Positions 8,908-17,818 of a DNA stretch of 64,000 nucleotides are shown piece by piece. The DNA is from a virus, in IMG/VR virus record IMGVR_UViG_3300023296_001253. One strand, given 5' to 3'. Position 1 is the stretch's first letter. Each line of letters opens with the position of its first letter. The notes under the pieces were generated by a model. That model was not told the DNA's origin and made no database searches. It was given only the letters and a program-made list of their open reading frames with translations. The position numbers and the translations under genes were made by a program.

Positions 8908-9575
8908 AAGGAGCTGTTTTTGGAATTCAAAGAGCTGGAACTAATTTTACAGAAACTTTATTAAAAGAGCATTTTAAAGTTAGTGTTGCTAACAAAGATA
9001 AAAATTATATTTGGAAACATTCACACAATTTTGATTTAAGTAAATTTGATAGTGACAATTTTAATATTTACATTGTTAAATATCCGTATAGTTGGATAGA
9101 ATCTATTAGAAGAAAATCAGTCGATATAATAAAAAGACATCCAGAAATAAAAACTGATAATAATACTAAAACTGATTTTAAAGGGATTGATCTTTATAAA
9201 TTAGCAAAATTATATAATGATCATACTTTGTGGTGGCACAAAGAAGAAGTTAAAAAAGCAGCTAAATATATCTATGTACATTATGAAAAGCTAATACACA
9301 GTGATGATGATATAAAGCATTTTCTCAATGTTTTCCAGTCCACTTATAGCATAAATCCACCACACGACATTAGTGTTATAAAACATCTACAAAAAGTATC
9401 ACAATCTGATAAGTGGACAGAAGAAACCAGAGATATGTATCTTAATAAAAAATTATTAACTCTTGAGTGGAAACACATTGAAGAAATTAATGAAGCTTTT
9501 AGTGATGATTTATTTCAAGTAACTGGATATAAAAGAATAACTTCAGAAGTTGAACTAAAAGAAAACCATAAATAG
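8883..9575 (+). CDS. sulfotransferase-like protein (likely start MKGAV at 8904)
   Basis: GIQRAGTNF PSB loop, WKH, KxPYSWxxS, YEKL. Confidence 0.65.
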   Translation: MAQRIKEMKGAVFGIQRAGTNFTETLLKEHFKVSVANKDKNYIWKHSHNFDLSKFDSDNFNIYIVKYPYSWIESIRRKSVDIIKRHPEIKTDNNTKTDFKGIDLYKLAKLYNDHTLWWHKEEVKKAAKYIYVHYEKLIHSDDDIKHFLNVFQSTYSINPPHDISVIKHLQKVSQSDKWTEETRDMYLNKKLLTLEWKHIEEINEAFSDDLFQVTGYKRITSEVELKENHK

Positions 9576-9593
9576 AAATAAAGGATAATAAAT

Positions 9594-9887
9594 ATGGATA
9601 ATTTTAAAGAATTTAATGATGAACATAAAAACATTAAAGAAATGTTTGATGTAGATACACTTAGAAATTTAGAAAAAATGCCTCATGATGAAGCAAAATC
9701 TACTGCTCATGGCTGGGTTGACAACATGAAAAAGACAAAGCCTCATGTTAAAGCTAGACTCAAGAGAGACATAGATAGTTCTCCTCATTCTGGAGAAGTT
9801 TCTCGTATTATGTGGCAAACGTATTTATCTGGAACTGGCCATGGTGTTATGGGATCTGCTTGGAAAAAGCAAATGAAAGATGTTTAA
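9594..9887 (+). CDS. putative internal head protein
   Basis: N-terminus MDNFKEFNDE resembles the T4 capsid-targeting sequence; CATAAATA upstream. Confidence 0.55.
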   Translation: MDNFKEFNDEHKNIKEMFDVDTLRNLEKMPHDEAKSTAHGWVDNMKKTKPHVKARLKRDIDSSPHSGEVSRIMWQTYLSGTGHGVMGSAWKKQMKDV

Positions 9888-10606
9888 TGTTAGAAGAAGC
9901 TAAAAAGAAAAAGCTTAGCAAGCAACAGCAGTTAAAGCTTTTCTGGAAGAACTATCCAGTTGTTATAAATCCTGATATAACAGCACCGCCGACTGGTGTT
10001 AGAAAAACCACGCCAGATTGGAGTGGTTCTCCATCGTTTCCACAATATACTTCAGAATCATTAAGCACAAAAATCATATCTAAAAATAGGCATGATTCTG
10101 TTATTAAATCTATTAATGAATCTGTAGAACTAGTTCAATTTGATCAGCTCACTGAAGAATTAAAAGAATATTTTAAAGATCATGTGTTTAAGATTATTCA
10201 TGAAAAAAAGGAAAAGCATTTTTCTGTATCTTCTAATTTAGATATGAAACAAAAACAAGCAGCTTATAATTTAATTGCTCTTTCTGCTATGTCTTCTTTA
10301 ATAGCCTCTCGTGTTTTGCTTGATAAAGCTTTCTTTAAAAGAAACCAATCTTTAAATACTAGATTTGCTGATGCTCTTCAAAGAGCTGTAAATGTTGCTG
10401 CTTCTGATCCAGGAATTATTCAAAAAATAAGACAGAATTCACGCAATATGAATTTAATTACTATGGAAGAAGTTCAAATAATAGATTCTTTTAAAAATCC
10501 AAATTTTGATTCAAAAAATACAGGAATACCACTTAAAATTATTAAAGAAACTTTTGATCGTGGAGTTGCTGCTTATAAAGCAGGTGTTAGACCAACTAAA
10601 ATATAA
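9812..10606 (+). CDS. hypothetical protein, possibly head-associated (likely start MLEEAKK near 9886)
   Basis: ORF track; repeated [ILT]xE sites; C-terminal GIPLKIIKETFDRG. Confidence 0.6.
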   Translation: MANVFIWNWPWCYGICLEKANERCLMLEEAKKKKLSKQQQLKLFWKNYPVVINPDITAPPTGVRKTTPDWSGSPSFPQYTSESLSTKIISKNRHDSVIKSINESVELVQFDQLTEELKEYFKDHVFKIIHEKKEKHFSVSSNLDMKQKQAAYNLIALSAMSSLIASRVLLDKAFFKRNQSLNTRFADALQRAVNVAASDPGIIQKIRQNSRNMNLITMEEVQIIDSFKNPNFDSKNTGIPLKIIKETFDRGVAAYKAGVRPTKI

Positions 10607-10755
10607 TGAAAACATTTAAAGAGTTTTGTGAAGAGCATGGAGCTGGCTTTGAAGGTACTCCAAAGTTGACTAAAAAGTATAAAAAAGATACTCCTGGAGA
10701 AAATAATATTAAAAATAATAAACGACAATCAAGGATAAACAAATGGAAGAATTAA
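10606..10755 (+). CDS. small putative internal head protein (49 aa, MKTFKEFCEE...YKKDTPGE), not in the ORF track
   Basis: Manual translation; TAATG coupling; CTS-like N-terminus. Confidence 0.65.
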   Translation: MKTFKEFCEEHGAGFEGTPKLTKKYKKDTPGENNIKNNKRQSRINKWKN

Positions 10756-11183
10756 TTACACAAATGAAAAGAGTCTTAGCAGACACTTTTGTTATGTATA
10801 TGAAAGCTCACTCATATCATTGGAATGTTGAAGGTCATCAGTTTACAGAATTTCATGCTTTTTTTGGATCTTTATACATTGAATTGCATGCAGCAATAGA
10901 TCCAATTGCAGAAAATATACGAACACTTGACTCATATGCTCCAGCAAGTCTTTCAAGAATAACTGAACTGTCTACAATTTCAGATGAAAATACTATTCCA
11001 AGTTGTGAAATGATGCCTATTCATTTGTTAGCTGCTAACAAACAAGTTATTGATTGTATTATGCAAGCAAGAAAGTTTGCAGAAACAGAGCAAGAAATTG
11101 CTATTATATCTTTTTTAGAAACAAGATTAGAATCTCATCAAAAGCATGGCTGGATGTTAAAAGCAATTTCAAAAAAGATGTAA
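10743..11183 (+). CDS. dps: Dps-family ferritin-like DNA protection protein
   Basis: HWNVEG, FH..F, IDxIAE ferroxidase signature, HxKHxWML. Confidence 0.9.
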   Translation: MEELITQMKRVLADTFVMYMKAHSYHWNVEGHQFTEFHAFFGSLYIELHAAIDPIAENIRTLDSYAPASLSRITELSTISDENTIPSCEMMPIHLLAANKQVIDCIMQARKFAETEQEIAIISFLETRLESHQKHGWMLKAISKKM

Positions 11184-11314
11184 AATGACAAAATCCAAGA
11201 ATATAAAACAGATAAATAAACAAAAGGATTTGATTCATAAATCTATTGATTTAAAAGGTGAATCACAATATGTGTCTCATATGACACTAAAAAAAGAAAA
11301 CAAGGAGAATTAAA

Positions 11315-11983
11315 ATGCCAACATGGGGCAAAACCGATAATACTGCTAACTCAGTACTCTGGGCGCCACAGCAGTTAAAGAAAGAAGCAAATACTTCAAC
11401 TAGAGATGAATTGTATGGCAATACTACAGCCGATTCATTTATTACTGGCCAGACTCATGGTCAATATGGAGTTAGTGATGCTGAAGCAAATGCAGCTAGA
11501 GCTGGTAATGGAACTAAAGCAGCTCATGCTGGTTGGGTGTTAAGAACAGAAGGATCTGGAAATAGAGCTGGAAGAGTTCATAATGAAGTTCTTGTTGCTT
11601 TAAGTTCTATGACTGGTGATGGAACTGACGATGCAGCGTTTCCAGATATTGCTATTATTATATCTTCACAGCCTGTTGCTGCAACAGGAAATTCATCAGC
11701 TAGTGATACAGAAACATTCGCAGTAGTAGCGACCACATCACCTGTTGGTGGATCTATTACATATGAATGGCAGTATAATGCTGATGTAGCAAACTCCGCT
11801 GCCTGGGCCGCCGCAACTGGTGAAGATGGTATTTCAGATCCAGCAACAGCTACTCTTTCTGTTAATACAGCCGCTGTTAACTCTTCTGTTATTCCAACTA
11901 GTTCAGGATTTAGAGTTGTACTTCAAGCGACTGGAACTGCAAACGTTACTTCTTCTGAAGCAATCTTAACTATTACAACATAA
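11315..11983 (+). CDS. virion structural protein with C-terminal Ig-like domain
   Basis: WGKTD...HAGWV...GRVxxEVLVA; QP...YEWQ...L Ig pattern; GATAAATA and AAGGAG upstream. Confidence 0.7.
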   Translation: MPTWGKTDNTANSVLWAPQQLKKEANTSTRDELYGNTTADSFITGQTHGQYGVSDAEANAARAGNGTKAAHAGWVLRTEGSGNRAGRVHNEVLVALSSMTGDGTDDAAFPDIAIIISSQPVAATGNSSASDTETFAVVATTSPVGGSITYEWQYNADVANSAAWAAATGEDGISDPATATLSVNTAAVNSSVIPTSSGFRVVLQATGTANVTSSEAILTITT

Positions 11984-12002
11984 TTGACAGGAGCAATAAA
12001 CT

Positions 12003-12359
12003 ATGGCAACGACTAAAAAAATAACAGAACTTGACGCTCTAACAGTAATAGCTAATACTGATCTTCTTTATGTTGTAGATGATCCATCAGGAACACCTCT
12101 TTCTAAAAAAATAACAGTAGAAAGTATAATGACTTCAAATGTTACAGCTAATTTGAATTTAAATGGATCTATGAATATGAATGATTATGTTATTGCGAAT
12201 GTTGTAGCATCATCTCATACAGGAACACCAGCTTCAAATACCGATGTTCCTACTGGATTTGAAGTAGCAATTGGAGCAATGTGGTCAGATGGAACTAACT
12301 TATATGTGGTTACAGCTAATAATGAAGTAAAGAAAGCAACTCTTTCTTCGATTACATAA
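12003..12359 (+). CDS. virion structural protein
   Basis: KKITEL...DLLYVVD...SKKIT motif of T4-like virion proteins. Confidence 0.6.
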   Translation: MATTKKITELDALTVIANTDLLYVVDDPSGTPLSKKITVESIMTSNVTANLNLNGSMNMNDYVIANVVASSHTGTPASNTDVPTGFEVAIGAMWSDGTNLYVVTANNEVKKATLSSIT

Positions 12360-12363
12360 TAGA

Positions 12364-12762
12364 ATGAATGATAATGAACGAATTGATGAATCTACATTCT
12401 TGCTGTTTGCAGCTAAGTGCTATAGCAATCCTCAATGTTATGACACTTTAGAATTCTATGAAGATTTAAAACGCTTTCGTTATATTAAGCGTTTGCTCAA
12501 TAAATATGAGTCCACTGGTGAATTGAGGGAGAGGTTAATATTAAACCATATAATCTCCCTCAATAATGTTTTTGGCGCAAAAAATACTGCTAGAATGCTG
12601 TTTTTTAGATTAGAAGGTTATGAGCAGTTTTTTGCGCCATTTTTGATAATGTTAGGATCCCTTCCAACATTAGTTGAAGGCATTGGTCATGATAATAGAA
12701 CAGTTTATTGTGACGAAATACTCATGGATAAAATCATAATAGATAAGTTGAGAAAAATATAA
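12364..12762 (+). CDS. conserved T4-like hypothetical protein
   Basis: FYEDLKRFRYIKRLL...RLILNHII...NVFG; found upstream of primase in T4-like phages. Confidence 0.75.
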   Translation: MNDNERIDESTFLLFAAKCYSNPQCYDTLEFYEDLKRFRYIKRLLNKYESTGELRERLILNHIISLNNVFGAKNTARMLFFRLEGYEQFFAPFLIMLGSLPTLVEGIGHDNRTVYCDEILMDKIIIDKLRKI

Positions 12763-13557
12763 ATGAAAAAATTAAGAGACATTTTAAACGAAAGTTTTAT
12801 TCCGGGCTTACCAGCAGCTTCTAAAAAGAAGCCTACGAAAGAGCATCATCCAATAGCATGGGAAGGTATGCTTGGAACTGTTCATGCTAGAAACAATAAA
12901 GGTGAATCAAAATATTTTCATTATAATTATGAAGATGCAGTTAAACATATAAGCGTTGATGATCATCATGATTTTAGAATTCATAGAAACAAAAAAAGAC
13001 CAAATGAAGGAACTGGATCTCCTAGATATAATCAACTAGTGGTGTATGCAAAAAGAAAATCTTCTATTAAAGAATCACACTCAGATTTGCCACCTATTGA
13101 TGCTCCAGTAAAAAGAAATATCGTCAATAAATTCGTTCCCGAGAATCCAGATTTTTCTAATAATACTTTTTATCACGAACGAAAACATTCGCACGATGTA
13201 ATATACAAAGAAGATGAAAATGGAACGCGTCATGTATATCATACATTAAAAGATCAAAAAAGTGCTACTCAAAAATTTAAAGAACTTAAAGATACTCATA
13301 ATAGAAAAATATGGAATTCATCAAAAGATAAACACGAATATGCACTAAAAAGAAATATAAAAGAAATGAACACTGCTGGGTCTGGTGCTATTGCTGGTAT
13401 TGGAATAAATCAAGATGGTTCGCAATATAATGCTGCTACTGCTCCTAATTCATATGGTGAGCCTGGAGTAAGTAAAAAGAAACAGAAAGAGATTAAAACT
13501 TCTGGCCTTTCACCAAAAATGATAAGGTTAATTCGTAGATTTCAAGGAAAAGAATAA
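12763..13557 (+). CDS. putative internal head protein with gp61.1-like C-terminus
   Basis: MKKLRDILNE start; internal IKE sites; AGSGAIAG...GEPGVSKKK. Confidence 0.55.
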   Translation: MKKLRDILNESFIPGLPAASKKKPTKEHHPIAWEGMLGTVHARNNKGESKYFHYNYEDAVKHISVDDHHDFRIHRNKKRPNEGTGSPRYNQLVVYAKRKSSIKESHSDLPPIDAPVKRNIVNKFVPENPDFSNNTFYHERKHSHDVIYKEDENGTRHVYHTLKDQKSATQKFKELKDTHNRKIWNSSKDKHEYALKRNIKEMNTAGSGAIAGIGINQDGSQYNAATAPNSYGEPGVSKKKQKEIKTSGLSPKMIRLIRRFQGKE

Positions 13558-13559
13558 GC

Positions 13560-13871
13560 ATGGATATTCAACCAAAAATAGATTTTGCGCATGATAATAA
13601 ATCTTTATGGTATGCTTTAATGTCATTTAGTGCTGTATATACTACATTTTTGATTTTGGGTGGAATATGGCTATCAAATCAGTGGGAATTAAATATATCT
13701 AGTCAAAAACAATTAATAGATTTATCTAGACATGTTGATGAGAGTTATGTTGATAAAGATTTATTGGCTTCTATTGTTGTTGAACAAAACAGAAGATTAT
13801 CTGAATTTAATAATAAACTTGATAATATCAATAAAAAAACAGAAACTATACACGCTCTATTAAATAAATAA
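13560..13871 (+). CDS. membrane protein (1 TM plus coiled coil)
   Basis: ORF track. Confidence 0.55.
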   Translation: MDIQPKIDFAHDNKSLWYALMSFSAVYTTFLILGGIWLSNQWELNISSQKQLIDLSRHVDESYVDKDLLASIVVEQNRRLSEFNNKLDNINKKTETIHALLNK

Positions 13872-13880
13872 TTTTATATA

Positions 13881-13909
13881 TTTACATTATGCTGATATTA
13901 TATTATAAT
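13881..13909 (+). promoter_or_regulatory. sigma70-type promoter of primase
   Basis: TTTACA, 17 bp, TATAAT; ATG follows 5 nt after the -10. Confidence 0.6.
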
Positions 13910-13914
13910 ACAGT

Positions 13915-14970
13915 ATGATAAATACTTGGCTTGATGATAAATATATCAATCTTTTGTCTTTTAAACTAGATAGATTTAAAAGAATAGATTCACAAAAATA
14001 TAATTTTAGATGTCCGTTTTGCGGTGATTCAAAAAAGAATCGTTTCAAGGCTAGAGGAAATGTGTTTCCATCAGATAGTGGTGGGTTGTTTTATAAATGT
14101 TTTAATTGCGGAATACCGTTGTCATTTAGTGAATTTCTTAAAAGATTTGATGATGAGTTATATAAAGAATATAGACTAGAATCTATGAAAGATAGTAATA
14201 ATCATTTTACTAAAAATGATTTTAATAAAGTTCATAAAAATAGTATTGTTTTTCAGGAATTAAAAGATTTAAGAAGAATATCTCAACTTACATCAGACAA
14301 TCCCGTTAAAAAATATGTTACTGATAGAAAAATACCTTCTAAATATCATTACAAATTATATTATGCTAAAAGATTTATGGAGTGGATTAATACACTACTT
14401 CCAAATAAGTTTAATGAAAATCAATTAAGAAGAGATGAACCTAGATTAGTTATTCCATTTTTTGATTATGATGGTAATATATTTGCTGTTACTGGTAGAT
14501 CTTTTAAAGAAAATTCTATCAAATATATGACTATTAAGTTCAATGATAAAGAATCTAAAATATTTGGCTTAGATGAATTAGATAGATCAAAAAAGGTTTA
14601 TGTCGTAGAAGGTCCAATTGATTCTTATTTTATAGATAATAGTTTAGCATTTGCCGGTATTGATGGAAATATTAAAAAAACATTAAAATCAATAGATTAT
14701 GTTATAATATTAGATAATCAGCCAAGAAATGATTCAGTTGTCAAGAAGTTAGAGAAACTTATTAATGATAAAGAAAAAGTTTTTATATGGCCAAAAGGAT
14801 TAGAAGAATATAAAGATATAAACGACTTAGTGATGGTCGGATATTCAAAAGAAGACATAAAAAAGTTAATAGATAAGAACACATATTATGATTTGGTTGC
14901 GAGATTGAAATTAAACGAATGGAAGAAAATAGGAAGTATACATGAACAGCAGCAATATAATAGTAATTAA
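13915..14970 (+). CDS. gp61: DNA primase
   Basis: CPFCGDS...CFNCG Zn finger; VVEGPIDS and DN TOPRIM motifs; KDIND. Confidence 0.95.
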   Translation: MINTWLDDKYINLLSFKLDRFKRIDSQKYNFRCPFCGDSKKNRFKARGNVFPSDSGGLFYKCFNCGIPLSFSEFLKRFDDELYKEYRLESMKDSNNHFTKNDFNKVHKNSIVFQELKDLRRISQLTSDNPVKKYVTDRKIPSKYHYKLYYAKRFMEWINTLLPNKFNENQLRRDEPRLVIPFFDYDGNIFAVTGRSFKENSIKYMTIKFNDKESKIFGLDELDRSKKVYVVEGPIDSYFIDNSLAFAGIDGNIKKTLKSIDYVIILDNQPRNDSVVKKLEKLINDKEKVFIWPKGLEEYKDINDLVMVGYSKEDIKKLIDKNTYYDLVARLKLNEWKKIGSIHEQQQYNSN

Positions 14971-17254
14971 AAGAGACGGAAGAAAAGAACAATTAGATTT
15001 AAATAAATTTCATGCTGTTGTTGGATGGGCTTGTGAAGGGCTTACTGGGGTTTCCCCATCTTCGTTAGAAATAAAATCTCATATTCAATTTTATAATAAT
15101 ATAAAAACAAGTGAAATACAAGAAACTCTTATTCATTCTGCATCAGAACTAATTTCTGAAGATCATCCAAATTATCAGTATGTAGCTGGCAGACTGATTA
15201 ATTATGATATACGAAAACAAGTGTTTGGCGGTCATGATCCGATTCCTTTAAAAGATCATGTAAATAGAATAATTGATCTTGGTTTTTATGACAAAGATCT
15301 TATTAATCTTTTTAATAATGAAGAATGGAAGCATCTAGATCATATTGTTAAGCACGATAGAGATGATCAACTTACATATGCTGCAATGGAGCAATATAGA
15401 GGTAAATATCTTGTTAAAAATAGAAACACCGGGGAGATATATGAAACTCCTCAAATTGCTTGTATATTAATAGCTGCAGTTTTATTTTCATCATATCCAA
15501 AAGAAGAAAGAATGAAATGGATTAAAGATTATTATGATGCTATTTCGCTTCATTATATTTCTTTACCTACACCAGTTATGGCTGGAATAAGAACTACTCA
15601 AAGACAATTTTCTTCATGCGTTCTTATTGATTCTGCGGATTCATTAAATTCTATTAATGCAACATCATCATCAATTGTTAAATATGTTTCTCAAAGAGCT
15701 GGCATTGGTGTTAACATTGGTAGAATTAGAGGAATTGGAGCTGAAGTTAGAGGTGGGCAGGTTACTCACACTGGATTAATACCATTCATTAAGTATTTTC
15801 AAGCTGCAGTGAAATCTTGTTCTCAGGGTGGGGTTCGAGGTGGCGCAGCTACTTTCTATTTTCCAATATGGCATTATGAAGCAGAAGAAATGCTTGTTCT
15901 AAAAAACAATCGAGGAACTGAAGATAATCGTGCGCGACATGTTGATTATGGAGTTCAATTTAATAAGCTTATGTATGAAAGACTTATTTCAAATGAAGAC
16001 ATCACTTTGTTTTCTCCTGATGATGTTCCAGATTTATATGAAGCTTTTTTCACAAATCAAGATGAGTTTAAAAAATTATATGAAAAGTACGAAAGAGCAT
16101 ATTCAATTCGCAAAAAAACAGTCAGAGCAGCTGATTTATTTACATCCTTTATGCAGGAACGGAAAGACACAGGCAGGATATATCTCCAAAATGTGGATCA
16201 TGCGAATGATCATGGATCCTTTATTAGTGATATCGCACCAATTTACCAGTCAAATCTCTGTTCAGAAATAGACCTACCCACAAAGCCTCTTAATAATATA
16301 TTTGATGAAGAAGGAGAAATAGCTTTATGCACTCTTTCTGCTATTAATTGGGGTCTTATTAAAGATCCTGCTGATTTTGAAAAATGGTGTACTTTATCAG
16401 TAAGAGCTCTCGATCAGCTTTTGACTTATCAGGATTATCCTGTTATTGCTGCTCAAAGAGCTACTGAAAATCGTAGACCTCTTGGTGTTGGAATTATCAA
16501 TTTTGCATATTGGCTAGCAAAAAATGATTTAAACTATCAAGATATAGATACCAATGGTTTAAATCTTATTGATGAATATGCTGAAGCCTGGTCATATTAT
16601 CTTATTAAAGCATCAGCAGATTTAGCAGAAGAAAAAGGTGAATGCCCATATAATTACCAGACAAAATATTCATTAGGAATAACACCAAATCAAACATATA
16701 AAAAGGATTTGGACGAGTTAGTAAAACATCAAGAAAGAATGCCATGGAAAGAACTTCGTGAGCAACTTAAGAAAACTGGGATACGTAACTCTACATTAAT
16801 GGCTCTTATGCCATCAGAGACCTCGTCTCAGATATCGAATTCAACAAATGGTATTGAACCACCTCGTTCATTAGTTTCTGTCAAGCAGTCTAAAGATGGT
16901 GTGTTAAAACAAGTTGTACCAGAAATTAGAAGACTTAAAAACAAATATGATCTTCTATGGAATCAAAAAAGTCCTCTTGGTTATCTTAAAATTGTTTCTG
17001 TTTTACAAAAATATGTCGATCAAGGCATATCAGTCAATACATCTTATAACCCACTTCATTATGAGGGCGAAAAGATTTCTATGTCAGAAATGTTACAGCA
17101 TTTGATATTATTCTATAAGTGGGGTGGAAAACAGTTGTATTATTATAATACTTATGATGGAGCAGGCGAACTTGCTTTTGATGATAAACAAACAGAAATT
17201 ATACAAGAACAAAACGAAATTATAGATGATTATTGTGACAGTTGTGTCATTTAA
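14942..17254 (+). CDS. nrdA: class Ia ribonucleotide reductase alpha subunit
   Basis: ATP cone (VIKRDG), SSCVL, SNLCSEI, ALCTL, LYYYN, C-terminal CDSC. Confidence 0.98.
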   Translation: MNSSNIIVIKRDGRKEQLDLNKFHAVVGWACEGLTGVSPSSLEIKSHIQFYNNIKTSEIQETLIHSASELISEDHPNYQYVAGRLINYDIRKQVFGGHDPIPLKDHVNRIIDLGFYDKDLINLFNNEEWKHLDHIVKHDRDDQLTYAAMEQYRGKYLVKNRNTGEIYETPQIACILIAAVLFSSYPKEERMKWIKDYYDAISLHYISLPTPVMAGIRTTQRQFSSCVLIDSADSLNSINATSSSIVKYVSQRAGIGVNIGRIRGIGAEVRGGQVTHTGLIPFIKYFQAAVKSCSQGGVRGGAATFYFPIWHYEAEEMLVLKNNRGTEDNRARHVDYGVQFNKLMYERLISNEDITLFSPDDVPDLYEAFFTNQDEFKKLYEKYERAYSIRKKTVRAADLFTSFMQERKDTGRIYLQNVDHANDHGSFISDIAPIYQSNLCSEIDLPTKPLNNIFDEEGEIALCTLSAINWGLIKDPADFEKWCTLSVRALDQLLTYQDYPVIAAQRATENRRPLGVGIINFAYWLAKNDLNYQDIDTNGLNLIDEYAEAWSYYLIKASADLAEEKGECPYNYQTKYSLGITPNQTYKKDLDELVKHQERMPWKELREQLKKTGIRNSTLMALMPSETSSQISNSTNGIEPPRSLVSVKQSKDGVLKQVVPEIRRLKNKYDLLWNQKSPLGYLKIVSVLQKYVDQGISVNTSYNPLHYEGEKISMSEMLQHLILFYKWGGKQLYYYNTYDGAGELAFDDKQTEIIQEQNEIIDDYCDSCVI

Positions 17255-17291
17255 AGTTGCTTATTATTGATTATGATGACACAGTTGTCAC
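17235..17291 (+). other. 16-bp RNA stem (2 G-U pairs) spanning the nrdA stop; possible terminator or processing site
   Basis: gtgacagttgtgtcat (17235-17250) pairs with atgacacagttgtcac (17276-17291). Confidence 0.55.
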
Positions 17292-17298
17292 TTTATAA

Positions 17299-17327
17299 TT
17301 GACATTAGACAGGGTGTATTATATAAT
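17299..17327 (+). promoter_or_regulatory. sigma70-type promoter for NADAR-nrdB
   Basis: TTGACA, 17 bp, TATAAT. Confidence 0.8.
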
Positions 17328-17356
17328 GAATAATAAAATTAAAAGGATTATTTAAT

Positions 17357-17818
17357 ATGAAAATATCAGCAAGTCGTAATGACACCGATGCAATACTAGG
17401 TTTTAGTGGTGATTATCGTTGGTTATCAAATTTTTATCCGGTTGATATAGAATTTGAAAGCGAACATTATCCAAGCGTTGAACATGCATATCAGGCCGCA
17501 AAAACGCTTGATTTAAAGCAAAGAAAGCAATTTCAAGATCCTACAGTGCTTGCTGCAGAAGCAAAAAAAGCTGGATCAAAAGTTGAATTGCGTGTAGATT
17601 GGACTGAAGAAAATAGGCTTTCTGTTATGAAAGTTTGTTTAAAATCAAAATTTTCACATCCATCATTAGCAAAAAAACTATTAGATACTGGTGAAGCATA
17701 TATAGAAGAAACCAATTATTGGGGTGATAAATTCTGGGGAGTTGGTAATAGAGATGGGCAAGGATCAAATTGGCTTGGCCATTTAATTATGAATATTAGA
17801 GACGGATTGGACAAGTAG
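17357..17818 (+). CDS. NADAR-family protein (ADP-ribosylhydrolase/N-glycosidase)
   Basis: LSNFY, SVEHAYQAAK, KF...LLDTG...E...D.FWG, GxNxLG..LMxIR. Confidence 0.9.
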   Translation: MKISASRNDTDAILGFSGDYRWLSNFYPVDIEFESEHYPSVEHAYQAAKTLDLKQRKQFQDPTVLAAEAKKAGSKVELRVDWTEENRLSVMKVCLKSKFSHPSLAKKLLDTGEAYIEETNYWGDKFWGVGNRDGQGSNWLGHLIMNIRDGLDK

